A stretch of DNA of 64,000 nt from NCBI RefSeq assembly GCF_006345805.1, contig NC_043018.1, forward strand, positions 1,922,001 through 1,986,000, given 5' to 3'. This stretch comes from Octopus sinensis (lineage: Eukaryota). The first letter of the stretch is position 1. Each line of letters begins with the position of its first letter. A program made the translations under genes and the position numbers. Of this stretch, positions 53,519 to 64,000 are shown one piece after another. Under the pieces are notes generated by a model. That model was not told the DNA's origin, ran no database searches, and saw nothing but the letters and a program-made list of their open reading frames with translations.

Positions 53519-54589
53519 TATATATATATATATATATATTATAGTTGGAATGGAAGAGGTGCTCTTTCACAGGAATGAATTATATCCAAGCGTACATCGC
53601 TTTAGCTCCATATTAATTAATATTCTTTGAATTCATTAATTTCTGTTAGAATTAGTGTTAAAAGGTATGAAGTTCTAGTTGTCGTTATAGATGTTCCCCC
53701 CCCCCCCCGATGATAACGAAGAACAGAAATATGGAGAGGTTGAACACTGAAAAAAACCAATTAATTATATAATAGGCAACTTTATATCGCCTACGTACGT
53801 TTCAATTACTTACCTTTGTTCATATTTTGCAATTAAATTTGCTTTATGCATTTAAAAGGCAAAAGTCTTTTCAGAGAAAGACATTGACAAAAATCCGTTC
53901 ACATCGAAATGGATGGAGAGTTGCTTAGCGACTGAAATAGCTGCATGCGTTTGAGTGTTTGTGTGTGTCAACATGTGTGTCTTTTGGATTCCTTTCTAAA
54001 AATATTTTGAGGTTAAATTTTGACCACAGTGGACAAGAGCTAATTGTTGTTCTGAGGAACTGGGTCACAGTATCATTACCCTTAATGGAATTTAGATAAG
54101 TTTTATAAAGGCTTGCTACCACCCCTCTCTCTACTCACTCGTGAAGAGAGTAAAAATAAAATATATATATTAGCAAGGAACCAGATCAATATATTTCTTT
54201 AAATTCTACTTGTTTAGTTGTGAGAATTTCAATTCTTATAATTTTTATTTAGTTGGATGTATCAGTCTTATCTCTTGGTAATTTAGGTTATTATATATGT
54301 CTTTAGTTCAATTAATTTTTATATAGTTAATGAGGTATCGTTCACTATGTATCACATGTATGGATTTAGACTCTTTACAAAGGTGAGGATGCATTTCGTT
54401 TTAATGTAATTCCTATTTATAGTTAACTTTTATCATTGACGGAGTGTTTATATAAATATAATTTATTATCTAAAATTTATTAAATATATGCATATTTATG
54501 TGTACATATATATGTACACACACATACACACACACACACGCAGACACACACACACACCACATATATATATATAAAACTTATCCTCCTTA

Positions 54590-55585
54590 CTCCAAATTCA
54601 TGGAAAGCGTCTTACAACACATGAAATTGACTATCTATCCAATTTCAAATACAGTCCTAGTTTATTCTACGGATTACCCAAGATACATAAAAATCCACTC
54701 ATTTGAGAAGCCTGCAAAGTCTCTACAAGCCTATGCATTAATGTCCCTCCACCTACTCACCTCAAACTCAGACCCATCATAGCTGGCCCTTCTTGCGAAA
54801 CCCACCGTTTGAGTAACTTCCTTGACATATTACTCAAACCTCTTTTAAAATATGTGAAAAGCTTTATCATGGATGACCTAGACATGCTGAACCACCTCCC
54901 GAAGACAGTAAAGGACGGAACTCTACTGGTGTCTTTCGATGTGGTGAATCTATACACTAATATCCCACCCACACACTATGTATAGAAGCAATCACATTTG
55001 GCTAGAAAAACACCCAGAAGAGATCCCCGGACGAATTAACCACAATTTTATAACTGAAACACTGAAATTCGTCCTGTTGCAATCATTTCTTGTTCGATAC
55101 TACTTACTATCGACAGAAATGCGGATTGCAATGGGAACCAGAGCTGCGCTCCAGTGATTGCAACCTCGTAATGGGTTACCACGAACTTAAGTTATACCAA
55201 TCATCACTAGAAAATATGGCGCCTCTCTTTCAATTGCTACTTAAAAGAGAACTGGAAGAGATATTTAGATGATTGCTTCATACTTTGGCAAGATAGCATG
55301 GATCAACTCCTTGATTTCAAAAGAATGCTCAACAACATACACAGCAATATACAATTCACTATGGAACACAACAGTAAGCAACTACCTTTTCTAGACATCT
55401 TAATTAGAATAGTTAACAACCACATAGAAACAGACATCTTTTATAAACCCACAGATTCTAAACAATACCTATTATTTAACTCCTGCCACCCCAAACACAT
55501 AAAAATCAACATACCCTTTAACCTAGCAAAAAGAATCTGCACCATAGTTTCCGATACATACACTCGTGAACATAGACCCCTTGAA
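54590..55585 (+). pseudogene. Penelope-like element (PLE) reverse transcriptase fragment
   Basis: FYGLPKIHK..RPIIAGPSCETHRLSNFLDILLKPLL..LLVSFDVVNLYTNIP..NWKRYLDDCFILW..IQFTMEHNSKQLPFLDILI..IETDIFYKPTDSKQYLLFNSCHPKHIK.NIPFNLAKRICTIVS. Frameshifted; the GIY-YIG domain is not reached. Confidence 0.9.
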
Positions 55586-55840
55586 CTAGTCAGGACTAGC
55601 CAGCTCGGATGCGCGAGCGCGCCAACGGGACCACTCTTCTTAAATAGTACCAGGGCGACGTTTTTTTTTTTTATTCTAGGTCATACGGGGTTGATTGCAT
55701 ATTCAGAATCTCCCATATGTAAATCGTAGGAATTCGAAAATTTTTTTTACTGAAAAATTGCCCGGGGTGGGGGGAAAGAAATTCATTGCATGCCAGCCCC
55801 GGAAGTCACCGCACGCCACTGATTTTCTACTATATTATAT
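55586..55840 (-). mobile_element. Probable short Helitron-like element truncating the PLE
   Basis: Minus strand ends in the GC-rich gcgcgctcgcgc, then CTAG|T at 55586-55589. The 5' end is AT-rich (atataatatagtag) but TC is not clear. Confidence 0.45.
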
Positions 55841-55872
55841 ATGCACACACAACATAACACACACACACCCAC

Positions 55873-55930
<58 letters not shown>

Positions 55931-56369
55931 TATGTGTGTGTGTGTGTGTGTGTGTTTGTTTGTCCCCCAGTACTGCTTTACAACCGATTTTTAGGCTCCA
56001 GCAAACCAACCAGTCGCATAAAAAGGGTGTGATGGAATAAGCACCAGGCTATGAAAATATAATCACTGGCATCTATTCATTCGACTAAAAATTCTTGAAG
56101 GTGGCACCTCAGCAAGGCGGCTATCTGCTTCAGTGATTTGACTGCGGCCACGCTGGAGCATCGCTTTAATCGAAAAGATCGGCTTCAGGACTTATTGTTT
56201 CTAAGCCTAGTACTTATTCTATCGGATTTTTTGCCGAACTACTAAGTTACTGGGATGTAAACACACCCACATCCGTTGTCAATCGATGGTAAACATATAT
56301 ATATGTTTATATTTATGTGTGTTTCTTTGTGTCTGTATTTGTCAACGGATGTGGGTGTGTTTACATCCC

Positions 56370-56956
56370 AGTAACTTACTTCTGAAGATTAGAAAAAAAG
56401 AGGCCTCAAGCTATTTGTTATCACCTCGAAATAACAATCTACTACGCATTTGCCTTGAGGAAAGAAAGATCAAAAACATCAGCCGATTCCTTCCACATTC
56501 TAGTTACGGGTTCATAGGCATTAAATACAGAACATATATATATATATATATATATATTACGGAGATGTACTCGCATAGCAAGTGATTTGATCTGAGATCG
56601 TGTGCTGAAACGAAGACAATTGCAGCGTGGAAGGTGTTTATAAGCCATTTAAGAAACACACAAAAGCTGTTCGATTCACTTCAACATTTAAGTTTAATTT
56701 GTCAAAATATTTTCGTCGTCAAAATCCGCGACCTGTTCACTGACAAAAATCCGTGCTGTATATATATATATATTTATACGACGGGCTTCTTTTCAGTTTC
56801 CGTCTACCAAATCCATACAGAAGACTTTGTTCGGCCTGAGGCAATGGTAGAAAACACACTTGGCGATGAGGGTCAGGCAGTGGGACAGAAACTGAACCAT
56901 GTGGTTGGGAAGCAAGCTTCTTACAACACAAGCTACACCAGTGCCTATATATATAT

Positions 56957-56996
<40 letters not shown>

Positions 56997-57013
56997 TACA
57001 CTCCCTTTCTCTT

Positions 57014-57074
<61 letters not shown>

Positions 57075-57735
57075 ATCTCTCTCTTCTTTATATATATATA
57101 TATATATATATACGTGTGTGTGTGTGTGTGTATGTGTGTATGCGAGTGTGCGTGCGTATATGTGTACGTGCATGCGTGTGTGTATGCGTATGTGTGTATG
57201 TACCTGCGTTCGTGTGTGTGTGCTTGTATTTATACCTCCCACCGTTTCATAACCGGTGTTAGTGTCTTTGCGTCGGCTTCATATAACGTTTTACCGAAAA
57301 ATCACTTGACGTTAGAAATAAATTTTTTCGGCTAACCCTTTGAAGGCAGGACACCAGCGTTTTTGCACTCCATTGTCTGAAACAAGTAAAAGACAAAGAG
57401 GCAAAAGATAAAAAAAGTACTGGAATGAGACAATTCTTATTCATCGTGGTTGATTGTACGGGAAAATTTCCGTGATTGTTCTGCCGCCACTCCTATTATG
57501 CATCGTTAATATGGTTGCATGAGATAACAGTCATTGTAGATGGAGTTAGCATTCGATAAAGCGGTGTAGTCTGTTTCTGTATTTAATGCCTATGAACCCG
57601 TAACTAGAATGTGGAAGGAATCGGATGATGTTTTTGATCTTTTTTCCTCAAGGCAAATGCGTAGTAGATTGTTATGTCGAAGTGATAACAAATAGCTTGA
57701 GGCCTCTTTTTTCTAATCTTCAGAAGTAAGTTACT
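56370..57735. repeat. About 165-bp inverted repeat pair enclosing about 1 kb of nested repeats
   Basis: 56370-56534 versus 57572-57735, about four differences. The left arm overlaps a perfect 36-bp fold-back (56243-56278 / 56343-56378). Confidence 0.88.
56698..56747 (-). ncRNA. Hammerhead-fold motif with a G3/C8 core variant
   Basis: UUUGUCA GUGAACA G GUCG CGGAUUUUGA CGAC GAAA A UA UU U UGACAAA. Stem I 7 bp, stem II 4 bp, palindromic AAUAUU. Confidence 0.55.
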
Positions 57736-57839
57736 TATATGCGAATATGCATACATACATATATTGAAAAATACAAGCGCCTACACACAAACAAATGCCT
57801 CCCCACTCACACACACACACATATATATATATATGTGTG

Positions 57840-58090
57840 TGTATCAAAATATGTGTGTGTGTGTGTATAGGTATATATACATATATATATATATGTGTGT
57901 GTGTATGTATCAAAATATATATGGGTATACTTGTGTATATTTATATATACATATATATATATGTGTGTGTGTATGTATCAAAATATATATGGGTATACTT
58001 GTGTATATGTATATATACATATATATATATGTGTGGGTGTATGTATCAAAATATATATGGGTATACTTGTGTATATGTATATATATATAG
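57840..58090. repeat. 66-68-bp minisatellite built from TA/TG microsatellite
   Basis: tcaaaat at 57844, 57910, 57978 and 58046. Confidence 0.9.
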
Positions 58091-58402
58091 ATATATGTGT
58101 GTGTGTGTGTATATATATAAATATATGTGTGCATATATGTATGCTATATGTTAATACGTATATGTATGTGGTGTGTGTGTATGAGATGACAAGAACGTTG
58201 TGCATACATGTAAATGCAGAGACGCACACGCATATTTACAAATACAAACACTTGGAATCATGTATAGTGCCACTGTTCAGATTGCCAGGATTTAACAATT
58301 ATCTATTCTTAGCTTCACTCCGAACTGCAACCAGTTCCATTCCTGGTATTGAATTGTTCAACAGTTTTCAATAAACTCATATATATATATATATATAATA
58401 TA

Positions 58403-58449
<47 letters not shown>

Positions 58450-59620
58450 CATATATACATACATACCTATATATATATTATATATATATATATATATATG
58501 TATATACCCACACACACACACACATTTTGTGTTTGTATTTGGTTTGCAAGATTCTTTGTGGGAATTTGTGTATTGAAACAAATGTATATATATATGTTCG
58601 TGTGTGTATGTCTATGTATGTATGTATGTATATATATATATATATGTGTGTGTGTATATATGTATATATATATGTATGTGTATATAATATATATATATAC
58701 ATATATATATGTATATATATGTGTATATATATATATATATGTAGACACATACACACACACAGACACACACACACACACACATATATATATACAAATTCAC
58801 GAACTTTTCTCTTGCTCGATGATCCAGTTTAACATCGGCATCGATTTAAATTATTGTTTATATTGATGCAGACATGTAACTAATTAACTTATAAATTATG
58901 ATAGAACAAATTATCTCCGCATGTTTTAAGTTGCGAAACAATTGTTGTGATATTAGAATTCCCAGTTGTTAAATAAATTTTATCCCACTTATTTGACTCT
59001 CTTTATTTATGATTTTACACACTCCTTATGGTTTTTCTCCCGTATCGCACTCTACGTTCTATATATCTTCTAGAACCATCTATATTAAGGAGAATGTTTT
59101 ATGAGTACAAACAGATCAGTTGAATCCATATATATATATATATATATACATATATATACATATATATACATATACATATAGACAGACATACAGACACACA
59201 TTCATGCATAGAAACACGCACACACACACATGTACATATATATATAAATAGATACAGCTTTCATAATCATACTGAAAACAAAAGCGGAAGTCAGAGGGAG
59301 GTGAGCGAGTAACAAACAAAATGTATCAGTTTGACGCTCAGAGAAAGAAAAAAAGAAAAGGCGAAAGAGAACTTTGACGTTTCGCACTCATGCTCTTCTA
59401 AAGAAAGGAATGAGGAGAGAAAGTAGAAGAAGAGAACATAAATGGAGAGAAGAAAGACACGGAGAGAAAGGAAACGTGTCTGAACGAACGGCTGCACATG
59501 TGGAATTCATGGGAAGGAAAGAAGCGGTGAAGACAACAGTGAGCGCTGGCAGGAGTGTGTAAGGATGCGAACATCTCTATATGTACATACGGGTGAGCGC
59601 GTCTGTAGATGTGTGTGGGC

Positions 59621-60043
59621 AAGCACGTGTATGAAGAAAGGCTGAAGACGCTCGACCTTTATTCTCTCGAAAAACGACGACGCCGTGGTGATCTCATTCT
59701 CGCTCACAACATCAGAAGCGGAAAGTGTAACCTCTCGAAAGAGCTGTTCTTCACTCCTGCTCCAAAGCGTCGGCTGCGGGGGTCATTCCGAAAAGCTCTA
59801 TCTGCGACGATTCCATCTCAATCGAAGGAGAGGGGCTTTCTCCGTCCGGGTTGCGGATCCGTGGAATAAGCTGCGGGACGAGATAGTGAAGATGCCGACG
59901 ACCGCTCGGTTCAAAGTCTCTCTTGACCAGAAATGGCCTGAACTCTTTGCATGAACACCCTCCCTGTACATAACTCCATGTCCCCCTACATGGCCTTGCT
60001 TTTTGCTTTTTTGAGCCAAAAATTAACTAACTAACTAACTAAC
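59621..60043 (+). pseudogene. CR1-type LINE 3' end with a (TAAC)n tail
   Basis: YEERLKTLDLYSLEKRRRRGDLILAHNI..RGHSEKLYLRRFHLNRRRGAFSVRVADPWNKL..RFKVSLDQKWPELFA*, then (taac)n ending at 60043. Confidence 0.88.
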
Positions 60044-61089
60044 ATGAGTATGAAGATTATATGACTATGTGTATGGGAGCACCCGAGTGTATGTGCGCGT
60101 ATGTGTGTTTATATGTGTGTTTCTGTGAATGAGTATCTGCGTGTGTGTGGAGCAATGTGTGAATGTGCGCTTCGAGTATTTATGTGTGTGTACGTGTGTG
60201 TGTGTGTGTGTGTGTGTAATTGTGAACGTGTGTGTATGAATGTGAGCGTGTGAGGCTGTCTAACGTTATGTGAGTATGCCTGCGTGCAAGCGTTTGTGTG
60301 TAGCAGCAAATATGTAAATATATAGTGTGTGCGTGCGTGTGCGCTCTTGTATTGCTTTTAGGTGTGTGTGTGTGTTTGTAAGTGGTAGTCGGCCATATGC
60401 GTGTGTATGTGGGTATGAAGGTATTATACGTGTGCATGTTCTGTGTTTTTGCGTGTGTGCACTTGCATGTGTGTGAGAGGCCATCTGAGGTATGTAGAGG
60501 ATGAATGTCGCTGTACCTGGCTGGAGGTGTCAGGTAAGATGGCGGTGACAAAGGTGGTTGGTGTTAGCGGGTGCGGATGTGTGACTATATACATGCTGCT
60601 GTTAGGGTTCGGAAGGAAGTGGTAATATTGATGCTGGTGTCTGTAGTGTTTGAAAGACTGTCTGTGAGCGTGTGTACAGGTGTGAATCTATATGTATATA
60701 AGCAACAAAGTCTAGAGGAGACGAGAGGTCACAGATTAGATTATGAAATATTTCACTCCTGGTTTGAACATAGTAAATATTAAAAGGTTACGTTAAGAAT
60801 TGAACAACTGGCGAGACTAAATGATATAATGTCATTTGTTAAGTGACGGACCGAGAAATGTAAGCGATATAAGTCATTGACTTAACAGCGTATATGTATG
60901 ACTCAGGTACTTTTGAAGCATAAAACACTCCTTGCATCAAATACTATTCAAATCCTACAGTAAAGAGACTACTTTCCGTAACTAGATTACAAAAGTATAC
61001 GTTTCAATAAATCGTTTGAGGTTAAGAGATTATATAATAAGTTTTCAATGCATTTTAACAGGTTTAAAGTAAAAAAAAAAATGATGACA

Positions 61090-61604
61090 TTCCAAAGGTG
61101 GAGCAGTTTGAATGGGAAACGATGCCCCACCCCCTATATTTGCCGAACATGGCCCCATCTGATTATTATTTATTCTGCAGTCTTCAAAATCATTTGGACA
61201 GAAGAAATAGGAATTCTGTCGATGAAGTCAGAAGAGTACTGGGGGAGTATTTTCCGTCAAGGACTTTACTGTAAATTCAATCGATTTATTAAGGGCATTG
61301 CATGGACATTTCAGGATTTCCAATGGACATTGTCCCATCTGGTTATCATTTATTCTGCAGTTTTCAAAATCAATTGTACGGAAACAAACATGAATTTTAT
61401 ACAAGGTCAGAACAGCACTGGAGGAGAATATTTCACCACGAACAAGTGAATTTTGGAAGAGGGGCCTTGAAACCCTACCAGAGAGATGGAAGTGCATTGT
61501 AGAAAATGAAGGAGAGTATATTTTAGATTAAAAAAGAACTTTGTTTAACTTAATTTTGAAAAATAAACGTATTAAAAATCCGCATTATTTATGGGATACC
61601 CCAA
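61090..61604 (+). pseudogene. Mariner 3' fragment with right TIR and a doubled APSDYHLF block
   Basis: WETMPHPLYLPNMAPSDYYLFCSLQNHL, then again VPSGYHLFCSFQNQL 180 bp later, ..LETLPERWKCIVENEGEYILD*. TIR ccgcattatttatgggataccccaa|TA. Confidence 0.85.
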
Positions 61605-62565
61605 TATATACATAAGGATAAGGATATTAAAAGGGATCCGTGGGAAAACTCATTGAAATAAAAGGGTTGGGATCCACTGGTCTATAGCAATACCTGTCTT
61701 TTGTACAGGGTCGACATTTGATTGCCTTGTAAACAATTATTGTAATAAAGTTTTTGAAGTACGTCAAGGATTAGAAGAAGAGCCAATCAGGACGGAACTT
61801 CAGAGTGTAATTAAGCATTAATTAGTATTTTGTCCGTTTGCTCCCCAATGTTAACAACGCCACAACCAATCAATATGTTGTGAAGGCTGCCACGCAATTG
61901 TTTTACCTAAAATAGCTGTCACTTGCACTTGTCCCTAAACCACAGCTTATAGTCTTACTCAAAGACAAAATAAAACAAGATACGCTGAGATGTGCAAAAT
62001 GGCGTGTTCAACATGACACGAAAGTTATAAATTATAAGATAATTCGAAGCTAATCAACAACCTCCAGTGAAGCATTTTTAACGAAAGCCGATTATATTGA
62101 GGTATTAAGATTTCAGATGTACTTTGAAAAATATGCTGAGTATTTTCTGCCTGTTAGATCCAGAAGAATTCCTCAACTGTGTATACCACTTACCAGGACT
62201 ATCTGATTTTGTTACGGTGGCATTCTGCATAGGCGCCTTCGATAAGCTTTTGCTTTAAAAGGCATCATTTTGATACTCATGTGTAGTCGAATTCACGTCA
62301 CTAGTGTAGAGCGTGCATGATTTATAAGATATATTTAGGGAGATAATTTTTTATTTTCATTTATCCAAGTAACTTTAAACTAACTTTACCTACATAATTT
62401 AGATACCGTTCTTTCTTACCTCTCACAATCCTCACAACACAACCAATCTCTGTCTCTATCCCTCTCTCTTTCACTCTCTGTTTCCCACTCTGTCTCGCTG
62501 TTGCTCTGTCTGTCTGAATCTCCATCTCTCTGTATCATTCTTTCTCTCCCTCTGTCTCTCAGTCT

Positions 62566-62604
<39 letters not shown>

Positions 62605-63285
62605 ACTCTTCAATCGAAAGCAATGGGACTTCTTGATTGCTATCATTTAGATTTTTCGTATAAAATCTTCGTGACTGTCAATACACATCAAACGGTTACT
62701 GGCAGAAATGAAACGGTTACGATGTTTATCCAGCGACGTCTGACCACTACACATCCTGAAAAGAGTTGAACTCTGAAAAGACCAAGATTTCCACTACAAA
62801 AAATAGCAATTTAATAAAATATTTGAATAATCCTGACCCCCAAAATAATTTTTCACTTACGGACACAATCACAAAACTATGACACTCCGAACTCTGACAT
62901 TTCACAGAATTCAGGAAATTTTGATAACAGACTTATTTTGAATTTGGGCGAATGAAAGTCAACATTATTTATACAACATCAGCGAGAATTGCGCCGAAAA
63001 AAGGCTTGAAATGTGGAGTTTTGCGACAAAATTAATTACGAATCTTATATTATTTTAGATGCTGTAGTTGCTGCTGATATGAAAATCCTATCATCACCCT
63101 CCTCCTCCTCCCCTTCTTAATCCTCCTCCACCCCTCCGCTTCCTCCCCATCATCATCACCATCATCACCACCATCACCATCATCATCATAATCACCATCA
63201 TCGTCATCGTCATCATCATCATCGTCATCGTCATCATCATCATCATTATCATCATCATCACCACCACTATCATCACCATCATCAC

Positions 63286-63318
<33 letters not shown>

Positions 63319-63585
63319 TATTATTATTATTATTATTATTATATTATTATTAATACGAAATATATTAATTTAGTGAATATTTCACGACACAGAATAGAGA
63401 AATATATGAAGATATTCATGAATTTATGAATGTACATAAATACACGCATACATATATCTATACAAATAAATTGCATGTATATATATATATACATATATAT
63501 AATATATATATATATGTGTGTGTGTGTGTATATATAATATATATGTATATATGTTTGTATTTATATATATGTATATGAATATGTG

Positions 63586-63647
<62 letters not shown>

Positions 63648-63734
63648 TATTAGAGACAAAACCACTATTTTGCAAAACAAACAAGGAAAGACTTAATCAA
63701 TACATAAAATTTTAATAAATAGTCAAAAAAACCG

Positions 63735-63777
63735 CCACTACAATCGTTTCTTGTCTTGATCGACAATCTTCAGGTGG
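63735..63777 (-). ncRNA. Minimal type I hammerhead ribozyme motif, canonical core
   Basis: CCAC CUGAAGA UUGUC GAUCAA GACAA GAAAC GAUU GUA GUGG. Stem I 4 bp, stem II 5 bp, near-palindromic ACGAUUGU, GUA triplet. Confidence 0.8.
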
Positions 63778-64000
63778 ACTTCCAATAAGTCAGTTTCAAA
63801 TTATATATATATAAGAATTTAAGACAGAAGGTAGCAGTAATTTCCGGTGTGGCGAAGGTAATATAAAGTTCACGAAATATATGACTATTTTTAATAACGC
63901 TAACAATACGGAGAATGATTTTAGCCATGTTTGCACTATCTTAAGATGATATCGGACAAACAGTTCAAGTAGACTCTGATGAAGTTGCGCCGATAATTAA

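Noticed and set aside
61630-61687. hAT-like right end ggttgggatccactg|gtctatag
   Set aside because: No matching left TIR or TSD found upstream, so no element could be delimited.
62192-62250. Possible 59-nt minus-strand exon (ttttaaag|...cctg|gtaagt) with one open frame
   Set aside because: No recognisable protein similarity and no partner exons; such splice-like pairs arise by chance in 64 kb.
63975-64000. ctgatgaag at the window end
   Set aside because: The rest of a possible hammerhead would lie outside the window; cannot be evaluated.

Overview
Repeat-saturated, very AT-rich animal genomic DNA with no host protein-coding exon that I can support. The SINE families, the extreme (TA)n/(TG)n/(TAA)n load and the transposon types look like an octopus (coleoid cephalopod) genome; this is inference. 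Most ORFs in the supplied track are microsatellite translations. What can be supported: (i) tRNA-derived SINEs of at least three modular families; (ii) non-autonomous Helitrons with A|TC...CTAG|T ends; (iii) decayed LINEs: three R4/Dong-type pieces beside (TAA)n tracts, two RTE pieces (one with a twin-priming-like inversion) and a CR1 3' end; (iv) a Penelope-like (PLE) RT fragment; (v) two mariner transposase relics and hAT-type MITEs with 8-bp TSDs and nested insertions; (vi) a 100-N gap. The most interesting layer is not visible in the ORF track: a dispersed set of short repeats carrying minimal type I hammerhead ribozyme (HHR) motifs with unrelated stems. About seven have intact core boxes, one has an apparent compensatory G3-C8 core swap, and several sit in head-to-head palindromic elements. 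Ribozyme activity is untested. Family names rest on motif recognition from memory, not database searches.
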